This document shows positions 42,154-53,257 of a stretch of 61,307 bases of DNA, piece after piece. Under the pieces are notes generated by a model. That model worked only from the letters and a program-made list of their open reading frames with translations. It was not told where the DNA came from and did not search any database. Position 1 is the stretch's first letter; every line of letters starts with the position of its first letter. The stretch spans positions 7,497-68,803 of the forward strand of contig LFRU01000007.1 of the NCBI GenBank assembly GCA_001512495.1. The letters run 5' to 3'. The translations under genes and the position numbers were made by a program. Source of the stretch: Syntrophothermus sp. DTU052. Lineage in GTDB: Bacteria; Bacillota; Syntrophomonadia; Syntrophomonadales; DTU052.

Positions 42154-43215
42154 ATGTCGTTGCACGAACTGGTCAAGAACCCTACCGTTAGCTGGATGGC
42201 GGCTGATGGGCCTGAATCTGACATTGTGATGACCAGTCGAATCAGATTGGCTCGCAACCTGGCCGGGCTGCCTTTTCCGCAGCATATGGCGGACCATAAG
42301 ACAGCAGAAAAGGTGTGGGATACGATTAGTAAGGGATTGAAAAATGCACCGGATCTGGAACTGACTTCGATGAACAGGCTGTCGGATTTGGAACGCCAGA
42401 TGCTTTTGGAAAAACACCTGATCAGCCCGGAGCATACCGAGGCGGTGTCCCCCTACCGGGGTATCATAATAAATAGAACCGGCTCAATAGCCATAATGGT
42501 AAATGAAGAAGATCATTTAAGGATCCAGTGTCTGCTTTCAGGCCTGCAGCTCAACCAGGCGTACCGGTATGCAGATGACGCAGATGATTTGTTGGAAAAA
42601 AACCTGGAGTATGCATTTGATGAGCAGTGGGGGTACCTGACATCATGCCCCACCAATGTGGGAACCGGGATGAGGGCCTCAGTGATGCTCCATCTACCGG
42701 CACTTACCATGACCAATCAAAAGGGCGCCGTATTCAATAATATCGCCCAACTGGGATTGACGGTTCGTGGTTTGTATGGGGAGGGTACGGAAGCCCTGGG
42801 CAATTTTTATCAGGTGTCCAATCAGATAACCCTGGGGCAGACCGAAGAGGACATTATCAATAATCTGTGGACAGTTACCCTGCACGTGCTGGACCAGGAG
42901 AGAAATACACGGAAAAGGCTGCAGGAGGAGATGAAATATCAACTGGAGGATAAGGTCTGGCGGTCTTACGGACTGCTTACCCATGCCCGCGTCATAACCT
43001 CCAATGAGGTTCTGGCATTGTTGTCTGACGTAGCGTTGGGAGTGGACTTGAAAATACTTCCACCTATTCCCCGTCATATAATCAATGAGCTGATGGTTGC
43101 TATCAGGCCGGCGCATCTGCAGGCGGCCGGAGGGAGAAAAATGGATACCGCTGAGCGGGATGTCTTCCGGGCTCAAGTAATCAAAAACATTTTAAGCAAA
43201 GTGAAGGAGGGATAA
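42154..43215 (+). CDS. mcsB: Protein arginine kinase McsB
   Basis: Phosphagen-kinase core 'EEDHLRIQ', 'CPTNVGTGMRASVMLHLPAL' and 'RGLYGEG'. Confidence 0.9.
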   Translation: MSLHELVKNPTVSWMAADGPESDIVMTSRIRLARNLAGLPFPQHMADHKTAEKVWDTISKGLKNAPDLELTSMNRLSDLERQMLLEKHLISPEHTEAVSPYRGIIINRTGSIAIMVNEEDHLRIQCLLSGLQLNQAYRYADDADDLLEKNLEYAFDEQWGYLTSCPTNVGTGMRASVMLHLPALTMTNQKGAVFNNIAQLGLTVRGLYGEGTEALGNFYQVSNQITLGQTEEDIINNLWTVTLHVLDQERNTRKRLQEEMKYQLEDKVWRSYGLLTHARVITSNEVLALLSDVALGVDLKILPPIPRHIINELMVAIRPAHLQAAGGRKMDTAERDVFRAQVIKNILSKVKEG

Positions 43216-43218
43216 TAC

Positions 43219-45708
43219 ATGATCAGAAGATTTACCCAAAGAGCACAGCGAGCAATCCTACATGCCCAGGAGGAAGCCAGAGAACTGAATCATGCGGCGG
43301 TAGGAACCGAACATCTTCTGTTGGGTTTAATTAGAGAAGGAGAAGGAGTAGCTGCAAGAGCACTCCTCAATCTGGGAGCTGATCTGGGAAAGATCAGGGA
43401 AGAAGTCGCCAAGGTTATCGGCAGGCAGACCGGAGGGTGGCAGGAAGGCCCCATGCGCGAGCTTCCCCTGACACCACGCGCCAAGAGAGTGCTGAATCTA
43501 GCATTTGAAGAATCCCAGCTTCGAGGGGTCAATTATGTAGGAACCGAACACCTCTTGCTGGCCCTGCTGCGCGAGGAGGATGGTATCGCCGCCCAGGTCC
43601 TGAAAAGCATGGGCATACGGCTGGAATCCGTTCATGAACAGCTGGCGATGCTTTTGGGAGGGGAACCCGCCCATGAAGCCGGAATGCCTGAGGAAAAAGG
43701 AATGCCCTTCCCCCCACCGGGGTATATGAAGAAACCGCGGAGCAAGACAAAAACCCCGGTATTGGACAGCTTCAGCCGGGATCTTACCCAGATGGCCCGG
43801 GATAACAAACTGGATCCGGTTATCGGACGGGAGAAGGAAATCGAAAGGGTAATCCAGGTTCTGTCCCGCAGGACCAAAAACAACCCGGTTCTTATCGGCG
43901 ATCCCGGGGTAGGAAAAACCGCAATTGTGGAAGGCCTGGCCCAGAGGATTGTGGAAAACAAGGTTCCTGAAATACTGGCCGGTAAAAAAGTGCTGGTCCT
44001 GGATCTGTCGTCAATGGTAGCCGGCACCAAATACCGCGGCGAGTTTGAGGATCGCCTGACCAAGGTGGTAAATGAGATTAGAAACGCCGGCGATGTGATA
44101 GTGTTCATCGACGAGCTTCATACCATTGTCGGTGCCGGTGCGGCTGAAGGGGCTATTGATGCCTCCAATATACTGAAGCCGTCTCTGGCCCGCGGTGAAT
44201 TTCAATGTGTTGGAGCTACCACCATTGATGAGTACCGCAAGCATATTGAGAAGGACGCAGCCCTGGAAAGAAGATTTCAACCTATTAACGTGGACGAACC
44301 CACGGTAGAGGAGACCATTGCCATTCTCCACGGGTTGAGAGACCGGTACGAGGCTCACCACGGGGTCAAAATAACCGATGGAGCCTTAGAGGCGGCCACC
44401 AGGTTGTCGAGCCGTTATATCACTGACCGCTTCCTGCCGGACAAGGCGATTGACTTGATTGATGAGGCCTCTTCACGAGTGCGATTGGAACGCTATGTGC
44501 TTCCCGATGATTTGAAAGATATCGAGGCCAAGCTGCAGAAGATAACGGAAGAAAAACAGGAAGCTATCAATGCCCAGGAGTATGAAACCGCCGCCCGACT
44601 CCGTGATGAAGAACAGAACCTGAAAGCGCAAGCCGAGCAGAGACGCAAAGAGTGGGTTGGGAGCCGCAATCTGGACGGCGGCATGGTAACCGAAGAGGAT
44701 ATCGCTACCATCGTTTCTGCCTGGACGGGAGTTCCGGTGACCAAACTGAACGAGGGCGAGTCAGCCCGCGTAGCCAATCTGGAGGAGGTTCTGCACCAGC
44801 GGGTTATCGGCCAGCATGAGGCCGTAACAGCAGTAGCAAGGGCGGTACGCCGTGCTCGGGCGGGGCTGAAAGACCCCAAACGCCCTATCGGTTCCTTTAT
44901 CTTCCTGGGGCCCACCGGGGTTGGAAAGACGGAACTGGCCAGGGCCTTGGCCGAGGTCTTGTTTGGACAGGAGGATGCCTTGATCAGGCTGGACATGTCA
45001 GAGTACATGGAGAAGCATGCGGTTTCAAGGATGATCGGTGCTCCTCCCGGATATGTGGGTTTTGACGAAGGCGGACAGTTGACCGAGAAAGTAAGGAGAA
45101 GACCTTATTCAGTAATCCTGCTGGATGAGATTGAAAAAGCGCATCCCGAAGTGTTCAATATTCTGCTGCAGGTTCTTGAAGACGGCCGGTTAACAGATGG
45201 CAAGGGACGTACGGTAGATTTCCGTAACAGTGTGATCATAATGACCTCTAATGTGGGGGCCGAGGGAATCGGCAGAGAAAGGACTCTGGGGTTCCAAGTG
45301 GGCGATGAAAAAGCCATAGATTATGAAAAGATGAAGGAAAAGATAGTGGAACGGATGAAGACCGTATTCCGACCGGAATTCCTCAACCGCCTGGATGAGA
45401 TAATAGTATTTCACAGCCTTACCGAAGTGGAGCTTGGGCAGATTGTTGAACTGCTGGTGAACCAGGTCAAAGCCCGGCTCCAGGAAAATGGTCTGGAGTT
45501 GGAACTGACCGATAGAGCAAAAGCACAGATAATCAAAGAAGGATATGATCCGGTGTTTGGAGCGCGACCACTTAAGCGGGCCATTCAGAGGCTTATTGAG
45601 GATAAAATATCCGAGGAGATACTACTGGGCAACATTAAGGCCGGCGACAAGGTCAAGGTCGATGTGGAGGAGGACCAGATTATCGTCCGCAAAGGAGAAA
45701 AGGGCTAA
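43219..45708 (+). CDS. clpC: ATP-dependent Clp protease ATPase ClpC
   Basis: Two Clp_N repeats, Walker A 'GDPGVGKT' and 'GPTGVGKT', and a UVR motif '[13 protein letters not shown]'. Confidence 0.95.
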   Translation: MIRRFTQRAQRAILHAQEEARELNHAAVGTEHLLLGLIREGEGVAARALLNLGADLGKIREEVAKVIGRQTGGWQEGPMRELPLTPRAKRVLNLAFEESQLRGVNYVGTEHLLLALLREEDGIAAQVLKSMGIRLESVHEQLAMLLGGEPAHEAGMPEEKGMPFPPPGYMKKPRSKTKTPVLDSFSRDLTQMARDNKLDPVIGREKEIERVIQVLSRRTKNNPVLIGDPGVGKTAIVEGLAQRIVENKVPEILAGKKVLVLDLSSMVAGTKYRGEFEDRLTKVVNEIRNAGDVIVFIDELHTIVGAGAAEGAIDASNILKPSLARGEFQCVGATTIDEYRKHIEKDAALERRFQPINVDEPTVEETIAILHGLRDRYEAHHGVKITDGALEAATRLSSRYITDRFLPDKAIDLIDEASSRVRLERYVLPDDLKDIEAKLQKITEEKQEAINAQEYETAARLRDEEQNLKAQAEQRRKEWVGSRNLDGGMVTEEDIATIVSAWTGVPVTKLNEGESARVANLEEVLHQRVIGQHEAVTAVARAVRRARAGLKDPKRPIGSFIFLGPTGVGKTELARALAEVLFGQEDALIRLDMSEYMEKHAVSRMIGAPPGYVGFDEGGQLTEKVRRRPYSVILLDEIEKAHPEVFNILLQVLEDGRLTDGKGRTVDFRNSVIIMTSNVGAEGIGRERTLGFQVGDEKAIDYEKMKEKIVERMKTVFRPEFLNRLDEIIVFHSLTEVELGQIVELLVNQVKARLQENGLELELTDRAKAQIIKEGYDPVFGARPLKRAIQRLIEDKISEEILLGNIKAGDKVKVDVEEDQIIVRKGEKG

Positions 45709-45726
45709 AAAAGCCCTTTTCTTTTT
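45697..45726 (+). terminator. Intrinsic terminator after clpC
   Basis: GAAAAGGGC-TAAAAAA-GCCCTTTTC followed by TTTTT. The stop codon lies in the loop. Confidence 0.8.
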
Positions 45727-45822
45727 GCCCTTAATAAAATAAAATTCTAGAATGAATAGTAAATTAAGGCTACGAAACTACATTTTATTTTTTCGACCCG
45801 GACGAGGGCCCAAGGAGCTTAT

Positions 45823-47190
45823 ATGACCAAAACCAGAACGCTGTATTTCTGCTCAGAATGCGGGTACCGGTCACCTAAGTGGATTGGCAGGTGTCCCGGG
45901 TGCAACTCCTGGAACACTCTGGTTGAAGAGGTGATCGGGGGAACAGGGAGGACTTCACCGGTACCGGAGGGGAAAACCCCAGTTTTATCGGAACTGTTAA
46001 GCGAGGATGTCCCCCGTTTCTCCAGCGGAAATATTGAGCTGGACCGGGTTCTGGGAGGAGGAATGGTTCCCGGCAGCATAATCCTTCTCGGAGGAGAACC
46101 CGGCATAGGAAAGTCAACCCTGCTCCTGCAGGCCGCCGATTCCTTGAGCAGACAGGGGAGGAGAGTCCTTTACCTGACGGGAGAGGAATCTCCCCGGCAG
46201 TTGAAGATGAGGGCTGAACGCTTGGGAGTCTTGGGCGACAGCATCTATGTCCTGAACGATTCCTGTCTTTCGGCGCTCCCCGGTTATTTGGAAAAGGTGG
46301 CTCCCGAAGTAGTAATTGTCGATTCAATTCAGACGGTGCATATACCGGAAATCAGTTCCGTACCGGGCAGCGTTGCCCAACTGCGGGAATGCGCAGGCAG
46401 GATCCTGGAACTGGCCAAAACCGCGGAACGAACATTCTTCCTGGTAGGACATGTAACCAAAGATGGATCACTGGCCGGGCCCAAGTTATTGGAACACATG
46501 GTTGACACGGTGATCTACTTTGAGGGGGATACCAATAATTATTACCGTATTCTAAGGACGGTCAAAAACAGGTTTGGACCGGCCAATGAGATCGGGATCC
46601 TCGAGATGTCTGGAAGCGGCCTGTTGCCGGTGGATAATCCTTCGTGTATATTTTTAGAGCATCGGGGCGATCTTCCCGGATTGACGGTGGTAGCGAGCTT
46701 TGAAGGCACCAGACCACTGCTGGTGGAGGTTGAAGCTCTGGTGGTGACTACTTCTATCGGCTATCCACGTCGGATGGCGTCGGGGATCGAGTCAAACCGC
46801 CTGGCGCTCCTGGCGGCGGTGCTGGAAAAACGCGGGGGCCTGGCCCTGGGTAATAAGGATATCTATATCAAGGTGGCCGGAGGTGTTAACCTGAAAGATC
46901 CGGCGACCGATTTGGGTATAGCTTTGGCCATTGCTTCCAGTTATTACGAGCGGCCGGTGCTGCCCGGGGGAGTAATAATCGGCGAGCTGGGTTTATCCGG
47001 GGACATTCGGCCGGTTCCGTATATGGATCTGAGAATGAAAGAGGCGTTAAAACTGGGGTTTTCACGAAGCTTGACACCAAAAGAGGTTGGTAGAGAAGAG
47101 CCGGCTAACCCCGGACTGTCCGTCCTTACAGTAGAAACCCTGGGGGAAGCCTTAAGATATATCGACGGTAATGGGGGTATGGACATTTGA
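45823..47190 (+). CDS. radA: DNA repair protein RadA/Sms
   Basis: Zinc finger 'CSECGY...CPGCNSWNT', Walker A 'GEPGIGKST', 'KNRFG' motif and a Lon-like C-domain. Confidence 0.95.
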   Translation: MTKTRTLYFCSECGYRSPKWIGRCPGCNSWNTLVEEVIGGTGRTSPVPEGKTPVLSELLSEDVPRFSSGNIELDRVLGGGMVPGSIILLGGEPGIGKSTLLLQAADSLSRQGRRVLYLTGEESPRQLKMRAERLGVLGDSIYVLNDSCLSALPGYLEKVAPEVVIVDSIQTVHIPEISSVPGSVAQLRECAGRILELAKTAERTFFLVGHVTKDGSLAGPKLLEHMVDTVIYFEGDTNNYYRILRTVKNRFGPANEIGILEMSGSGLLPVDNPSCIFLEHRGDLPGLTVVASFEGTRPLLVEVEALVVTTSIGYPRRMASGIESNRLALLAAVLEKRGGLALGNKDIYIKVAGGVNLKDPATDLGIALAIASSYYERPVLPGGVIIGELGLSGDIRPVPYMDLRMKEALKLGFSRSLTPKEVGREEPANPGLSVLTVETLGEALRYIDGNGGMDI

Positions 47191-48263
47191 GAGATGAAGC
47201 CGTTTTTCCAGATGTGTTTCAAGATGCGCTGCAGCTGATAGCGCCGGGGACAACGCTTCGTATGGGCCTTGAAAACATCCTCAAGGCCAGAACCGGTGCT
47301 CTGCTGGTGGTTGGAGATTCACCTGAGGTTATGGACTTGGTGAGTGGCGGGTTTCATCTTGATTGCGAACTGACTCCCTCCAATCTGTACGAATTGGCAA
47401 AAATGGATGGGGCGATAGTCCTCAACAATGATGCGTCGCGGATTCTAGTGGCGAATACGCAGCTGGTTCCTGACCACACCTTGCCTTCCAGCGAAACCGG
47501 GATTAGACACCGGACTGCGGAAAGAGTTGCCAGACAGACCGGGGAACTGGTAATTGCCATCTCCCAGCGCCGGAGCATTGTTACACTGTTTAAGGGGGCT
47601 TACAGTTATGTCCTCCACGAGATTGGGGCTATTCTCGTAAAGGCCAACCAAGCCCTGCAGACTCTGGAGAAGTATCGGGCGGTTCTGGAAAAGGACATTG
47701 TCAGGCTCGGGGGAACAGAGTTTGAGGACATGGTGATGGTCTCCGAAGTAAGTCGAGCCCTCCTGAGGTGTATGATGGTCTTAAATATCGGCCAGGAGAT
47801 TGAGAATTATATAATGGAGCTGGGCAATGAGGGCCGTCTGGTCAAGATGCAGCTTGACGAACTGGTGTCCAATGTGGAAGAGGAAGCGATACTGATAATA
47901 AAGGACTACTCCAGGTTCCCGGATAAGACACCAAATGAAATCTTTGATACCATCAAGAAGTCTTTCCAGGAGGAGGTTGCGGACGCGGTTACCATCGCCA
48001 GGATACTGGGTTTGGGTACCTCGCCCAGTATCCTGGATATGCAGGTAGCCCCGCGGGGGTACCGAATTCTGCAGAAACTTCCCCGGATACCTTCACAGGT
48101 AATAGAAAACCTGGTTGTGACTTTTGGAGACTTCCCCCGTATTATGCAGGCCTCTATAGAAGAACTGGATGATGTCGAAGGAATCGGGGAAGTAAGGGCC
48201 AAATCCATCAAGAACGGACTGAAACGTATGCAGGAACAGCTAATCCTGGAATACATGGTTTAA
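47187..48263 (+). CDS. disA: DNA integrity scanning protein DisA (diadenylate cyclase)
   Basis: DAC domain 'GALLVVGD', 'DGAIVL' and 'GIRHRTAERV', with a C-terminal HhH 'LDDVEGIGEVRAKSI'. Confidence 0.9.
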   Translation: MRDEAVFPDVFQDALQLIAPGTTLRMGLENILKARTGALLVVGDSPEVMDLVSGGFHLDCELTPSNLYELAKMDGAIVLNNDASRILVANTQLVPDHTLPSSETGIRHRTAERVARQTGELVIAISQRRSIVTLFKGAYSYVLHEIGAILVKANQALQTLEKYRAVLEKDIVRLGGTEFEDMVMVSEVSRALLRCMMVLNIGQEIENYIMELGNEGRLVKMQLDELVSNVEEEAILIIKDYSRFPDKTPNEIFDTIKKSFQEEVADAVTIARILGLGTSPSILDMQVAPRGYRILQKLPRIPSQVIENLVVTFGDFPRIMQASIEELDDVEGIGEVRAKSIKNGLKRMQEQLILEYMV

Positions 48264-48282
48264 TGTGCGGGCGCAGCCAACT

Positions 48283-48312
48283 AAAAGCCCCGGGTTGTGA
48301 ACCGGGGCTTTT
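48283..48312. terminator. Bidirectional terminator between disA and the convergent Cys-rich ORF
   Basis: AAAAGCCCCGG-TTGTGAA-CCGGGGCTTTT, flanked by an A-run and a T-run. Confidence 0.8.
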
Positions 48313-48425
48313 ATGTTGGGGAAAAGTTGTGTAGTCCAATAAAAAACTAATGCTAATGAAGCCGATGTAACCCAAGGTCTGTATGCTGATATGGATGTGG
48401 GGGTTGAAAACACCGACCGGAGCGG

Positions 48426-48824
48426 TTACGTAAGATTAAATACGTCCAGAGTGCTGGCTTTCTTGTATTCATGGATAAAAACGTCATACAGATTGAGATC
48501 CAGTATGTTGCATAAGGCAGCGGTGTAAAACAGGCTCTTGCCCAGTTCGTTAATTATAACCTCCTCACAGTTGGGACACAATCTGCCGCGTACATGAGCA
48601 TCCAGATAACTTCTCAATTCGCAAATCGACTCGCAATCTTCCGGAATAGAAACTTTTTTGGCCTCGATGGAAAGACAACCGCAATCATTTACGGATTTGC
48701 ATACTCCCCGGTTAACCCGGGCGGCCGATTCAGCGAGTTTAGACAAGACGTCGAGGATGCTGTGGTGACGAATTAGCAGATTGGCGACTTTATTCTGAAA
48801 CTCATCACAGATCAAGTCCTTCAT
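48426..48824 (-). CDS. Cys-rich hypothetical protein (132 aa, 9 Cys)
   Basis: 132-aa ORF with SD AAGGAGG ~8 nt upstream of its ATG. Motifs CKSVNDCGC, CESIC and CPNC. One of only two minus-strand genes in the window. I recognise no family. Confidence 0.6.
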   Translation of the reverse strand: MKDLICDEFQNKVANLLIRHHSILDVLSKLAESAARVNRGVCKSVNDCGCLSIEAKKVSIPEDCESICELRSYLDAHVRGRLCPNCEEVIINELGKSLFYTAALCNILDLNLYDVFIHEYKKASTLDVFNLT

Positions 48825-49045
48825 GAACAGGAAACCTCCTTTTCCATCAAAGATTACCTGTCTCGTTCTAGATAATTATATATTCGCCACGAACTTGCTG
48901 TCAATTTCACCTTCCCCTTCAAACCTGTTCTGTCGGTCAACAGGAGGCGGCTCGGATAAGAAACCGGTATATAATTCCATAACCGACAAGCTCCACTGCA
49001 TAATGTTCCCAGGAATTAAGAACAATATGGAGTGGAGGTGAAAAA

Positions 49046-50134
49046 ATGAATAAACGTCTAATTGTACTCTTTATCCTAATTTCGGTTCTCATAGGAACCT
49101 GGACGGGTGTAATGAGTTTTAGCTATCTGGGAGGCAACTGGATTTTCGCCGGTGCTGTCGGCCTGGCTGTAGCTCTGGGGACTTTTTTTCTGTGCCGCTT
49201 GACCACCCTTTACTGCAAGAAAGGCTGGGACTACTTCAATGCCGCCATGGAAAGAACCTCTGTAGAGGTACTGCTGGGGGGGATGCTGGGGATGTTGTTG
49301 GGGATAACCGTGGGGTTCATTCTGGGCTATCCATTTGTAGTAATCGATGTGGCTGGAGAGTACATCAAATTCTTTTCCTTTTTTGCCTGTGGGTTTTTGG
49401 GTCTGACCATCGGCCGTAAAAAGGCTTATGACTTTATGAATCTTCTGCGACCTACCAGCTCCAAGGATTCACTGGCTTTGTACCGGAATGACAAGGTCCT
49501 GGATACCAGCGCCATTATTGACGGCCGTATATACGATGTGGCCCTTTCCGGTTTCCTCGAGGGACAGCTGGTGGTTCCTGCTTTTGTTATTGAGGAATTG
49601 CGTCACATCGCAGATTCTTCCGACTATATACGGCGCAGCAAGGGCCGCCGGGGGTTGGAGATATTGAGCAAAATGCAGAAACACCCGGGAATGAAAATCT
49701 GGATATATGAAGGAGATTTTCCGGAAGAGCGAGAAGTAGACATGAAGCTTTTGCGGCTTTGTAAGGATTTGGATGCCAGCATTGTTACCAACGACTATAA
49801 CCTTAATAAGGTGGCGGAGCTGCAGGGAATAAAGGTTCTTAACGTCAACGAACTGACCAATGCTGTCAAGGTCATTGTATTCCCCGGCGAGACCATGAAG
49901 GTTAATGTCATCAAGGAAGGTAAAGAGGATGGGCAGGGTGTCGGATACCTGGAAGATGGAACCATGGTGGTTGTGGAAAACGGGCAGGAAGAGATCGGCC
50001 AGGAGATAGAAGTCATGGTTACCAGCGTATTTCAAACCGCCGCCGGCCGCATGATCTTTACCAGAAAATCCAAAGAAGGAGGCCGCGTTAACCAGACGGT
50101 GCAGAAACTGCAAGAGGTGAATATCTTTGGGTGA
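49046..50134 (+). CDS. yacL: PIN/TRAM-domain membrane protein YacL
   Basis: Four N-terminal TM helices, a PIN domain ('VLDTSAIIDGR', 'IVTNDYNLNKVA') and a TRAM C-terminus. Same position as B. subtilis yacL. Confidence 0.85.
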   Translation: MNKRLIVLFILISVLIGTWTGVMSFSYLGGNWIFAGAVGLAVALGTFFLCRLTTLYCKKGWDYFNAAMERTSVEVLLGGMLGMLLGITVGFILGYPFVVIDVAGEYIKFFSFFACGFLGLTIGRKKAYDFMNLLRPTSSKDSLALYRNDKVLDTSAIIDGRIYDVALSGFLEGQLVVPAFVIEELRHIADSSDYIRRSKGRRGLEILSKMQKHPGMKIWIYEGDFPEEREVDMKLLRLCKDLDASIVTNDYNLNKVAELQGIKVLNVNELTNAVKVIVFPGETMKVNVIKEGKEDGQGVGYLEDGTMVVVENGQEEIGQEIEVMVTSVFQTAAGRMIFTRKSKEGGRVNQTVQKLQEVNIFG

Positions 50135-51314
50135 TACCGGAGTGATCCTGGCGGCGGCTGGTCAGGGCAAACGCATGGGGAGCCGGGTTAACAAGGTTTT
50201 ACTTAGCTTAACAGGTCAACCGATAATCAAGTACTCCCTTGATGTTTTTGAAATGCTGCCCGACGTTGAAGAGATCATAGTTGTCGCTCACCCCCGGGAA
50301 GTACCCGTCATGGAACAGGACATCGTAAAGCGTTTTGAATATCGCAAGGTCAGGCAGATTGTGCCGGGGGGGCGGGAACGACAGGATTCAGTCTGGGCCG
50401 GCCTCAAAGCCCTGGATAATAATCTTCATCTGGTGGCCGTGCACGATGGGGCGCGGCCGCTGGTTTCACCGGAGTTGGCTCTGCGGGTTATTGAAACCGC
50501 CCGGGTTTTCGGTGCAGCCTGTCCCGGGGTTCCCTGCAAGGATACTCTGAAAAAGGTGGGTGCCGACGGCCGGGTTGAGACTACCCTCGACCGCTCCCAG
50601 CTTTACCAGATCCAGACCCCGCAGGTGTTCGAAATTTCCCGGTTGCGAGAGGCCTATCGCCAGGCCTTTTCCCGGGGGTTTTCGGGAACCGATGATGCCG
50701 TTATTTATGAGGAGTACTGTGGACCCGTACAGGTTGTGGAGGGTGATTACCGCAACCTGAAGATCACGACCGAAGACGATATGTATATGGCTCAGGGAAT
50801 ACTGAGCAGGGAGAGGGCAATGAGAGTTGGAAATGGTTATGACGTTCACCGCCTGGTTGAGGGGCGCAAACTGGTAATCGGGGGGGTGCGGATACCTTTC
50901 GAAAAAGGTCTGGCCGGCCATTCCGATGCAGATGTGCTGGTCCATGCGGTATGCGATGCACTGCTGGGTGCGGCCGGCCTGCGTGATATCGGGTTTTATT
51001 TCCCTGACAGCGATCCAAAATTTCATAATATAGACAGTTTGATACTTCTGAAAAGGGTCGGAGCAATGGTTTCCGACCAGGGATTGGAGATAGTGAACAT
51101 AGACAGCACCGTAATTGGCGAACAGCCAAAGATAGCTCCTTACCTGGAAGAGATGAGGCGGAACCTGGCAGCAGCACTGGGGATTGAGGTTTCGCGGGTA
51201 AATATCAAAGCGACCACCACCGAAGGGCTGGGTTTCACCGGCCGGGGAGAGGGCATTGCCGCTCAGGCCTGTGTGCTGCTCAGTGGGGGCTCTCGACGCG
51301 GCGTCAGTTTATGA
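50127..51314 (+). CDS. ispDF: Bifunctional IspD/IspF (MEP cytidylyltransferase / MEcPP synthase fusion)
   Basis: IspD 'ILAAAGQGKRMG' and 'VHDGARP', then in the same frame IspF 'GNGYDVHRL', 'GHSDADVLVHA' and 'ATTTEGLGFTGRGEGIA'. Confidence 0.9.
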   Translation: MGDTGVILAAAGQGKRMGSRVNKVLLSLTGQPIIKYSLDVFEMLPDVEEIIVVAHPREVPVMEQDIVKRFEYRKVRQIVPGGRERQDSVWAGLKALDNNLHLVAVHDGARPLVSPELALRVIETARVFGAACPGVPCKDTLKKVGADGRVETTLDRSQLYQIQTPQVFEISRLREAYRQAFSRGFSGTDDAVIYEEYCGPVQVVEGDYRNLKITTEDDMYMAQGILSRERAMRVGNGYDVHRLVEGRKLVIGGVRIPFEKGLAGHSDADVLVHAVCDALLGAAGLRDIGFYFPDSDPKFHNIDSLILLKRVGAMVSDQGLEIVNIDSTVIGEQPKIAPYLEEMRRNLAAALGIEVSRVNIKATTTEGLGFTGRGEGIAAQACVLLSGGSRRGVSL

Positions 51315-51381
51315 TTATTATAATAAATGGTGACCGGTGATTAAGACCGGTCATCAAAAGCATTTTAGGGGAGAACCAAAG

Positions 51382-53073
51382 ATGGCGGTTAATACCGGAG
51401 CGGCCAATTTCATTCATGCTATTATTAATGAGGATTTAGAAACAGGAAAATACGGAGGGCGGGTACACACCCGGTTTCCTCCGGAACCCAACGGGTACCT
51501 TCACATCGGCCACGCCAAATCCATTTGCCTTAACTTTGGTACTGCAGCCCGGTATAATGGGTTGTGCAACCTCCGCTTCGATGATACCAACCCCACGAAA
51601 GAAGAGGTTGAGTTTGTGGAGTCGATAAAGGCGGATGTCCGGTGGCTTGGTTTCGACTGGGAGGACCGGTTGTATTATGCATCCGACTACTTTGAGCAGA
51701 TCTACGAGTTTGCGGTCCAGTTGATAAAGCTTGGACATGCCTATGTGTGTGACCTCTCCGCTGAAGAGATCAGGGAATACCGGGGGACCCTGACCCAGCC
51801 CGGCAGGAACAGCCCGTATCGAGACCGATCGGTTGAAGAGAACCTGGATCTTTTCCGGCGTATGCGGGCCGGGGAATTCGAGGATGGCTCCAGGGTGCTG
51901 AGAGCCAAAATCGACATGACATCCCCCAACCTGAACATGCGGGATCCGGTGATGTATCGCATCCTGCGGCAGACTCACCACCGCACAGGCGACAATTGGT
52001 GCATTTATCCGATGTACGACTTTGCTCACCCGTTATCCGACTATTTGGAGGGCATAACTCATTCCATCTGCACGCTGGAATTCGAAGATCACCGTCCCCT
52101 CTACGATTGGTATTTGGAGGTCCTGGGCCTTGAGAATCGCCCTCAGCAGATAGAGTTTGCACGGCTCAACCTTACGCATACGGTGATGAGCAAGAGAATA
52201 CTGCGTCAGCTGGTAGAGGAGGGGATTGTGAACGGTTGGGATGACCCGCGGATGCCTACCATATCGGGTCTGCGCCGGAGGGGTGTAACTCCGGCCGCCA
52301 TCCGTGACTTCTGTGACCGCATCGGGGTGGCCAAGAGCAACAGCACGGTTGATATTGGACTCCTGGAACACTGTATCCGGGAGGATTTAAGCAAAAATGC
52401 CTACCGGGTGATGGCCGTCCTTCGCCCTCTCAAGGTGGTAATTGAGAATTACCCCGAGGATCTGGTGGAGGAGCTCGATGCCGAGAACAACCCGGAGAAC
52501 CCCGCAATGGGCTCGAGGAAGATACCCTTTTCTCGGGTCCTGTATATAGAACAGGAAGATTTTCTCGAAGACCCGCCGAAGAAGTACTTCCGCCTCTCAC
52601 CCGGGAAAGAGGTGCGCTTGAAACATGCCTACATCATCAGATGCGAACAGGTGATAAAAGACGAGAGGACCGGGGATATAGTTGAGCTCCGATGCACATA
52701 TGACCCCACAACCCGCAGCGGACTCGAGTCAGGTAATCGCAAGGTCAAGGGGACCCTGCACTGGGTTTCGGCCCCGCACGCCATTAAGGCGGAAGTCCGT
52801 TTATTCGATCACCTATTCCTGGCCCGAAATCCGGCCGAGGAAAAAGATGAACTGGGTTACAGGGCCGTTCTCAATCCAAATTCAATGGAGGTCCTGACCT
52901 CCTGTTTGGTGGAACCCGGCCTGGCTGCTGCTACACCTGATCAGAGATACCAGTTCCTGCGGCAGGGTTATTTCGCCCTGGATCCGGAAGATTCAGGTCC
53001 TGGAAACCTGGTATTCAATCGGATAGTATCCCTGCGCGATTCCTGGGCTAAGATCCGCAATTCCGGGAACTAG
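51382..53073 (+). CDS. glnS: Glutaminyl-tRNA synthetase
   Basis: '[18 protein letters not shown]' (HIGH) and 'VMSKR' (KMSKS), with the GlnRS-type C-terminal beta-barrel region. ATG 51382 follows SD GGGGAGAA. Confidence 0.9.
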   Translation: MAVNTGAANFIHAIINEDLETGKYGGRVHTRFPPEPNGYLHIGHAKSICLNFGTAARYNGLCNLRFDDTNPTKEEVEFVESIKADVRWLGFDWEDRLYYASDYFEQIYEFAVQLIKLGHAYVCDLSAEEIREYRGTLTQPGRNSPYRDRSVEENLDLFRRMRAGEFEDGSRVLRAKIDMTSPNLNMRDPVMYRILRQTHHRTGDNWCIYPMYDFAHPLSDYLEGITHSICTLEFEDHRPLYDWYLEVLGLENRPQQIEFARLNLTHTVMSKRILRQLVEEGIVNGWDDPRMPTISGLRRRGVTPAAIRDFCDRIGVAKSNSTVDIGLLEHCIREDLSKNAYRVMAVLRPLKVVIENYPEDLVEELDAENNPENPAMGSRKIPFSRVLYIEQEDFLEDPPKKYFRLSPGKEVRLKHAYIIRCEQVIKDERTGDIVELRCTYDPTTRSGLESGNRKVKGTLHWVSAPHAIKAEVRLFDHLFLARNPAEEKDELGYRAVLNPNSMEVLTSCLVEPGLAAATPDQRYQFLRQGYFALDPEDSGPGNLVFNRIVSLRDSWAKIRNSGN

Positions 53074-53106
53074 GGGAACGCTTTTCAGGACCTTAGCAGT
53101 AGGATT

Positions 53107-53138
53107 ACCCTGAGGCGGTTGCTCAGGGTGGTTTTTTT
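53107..53138 (+). terminator. Intrinsic terminator after glnS
   Basis: ACCCTGAG-GCGGTTG-CTCAGGGT followed by GGTTTTTTT. Confidence 0.75.
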
Positions 53139-53257
53139 GGTTTCTGCTGGAAGGTTTGACAGTATTGGGTATGCAATTACGTCATACATGATTACGGTTT
53201 TTTGCATTCTGCAGTCGGAAGGAGGGAGACCGGCAGTTGCTGTCGGTCAGGTCAAGG

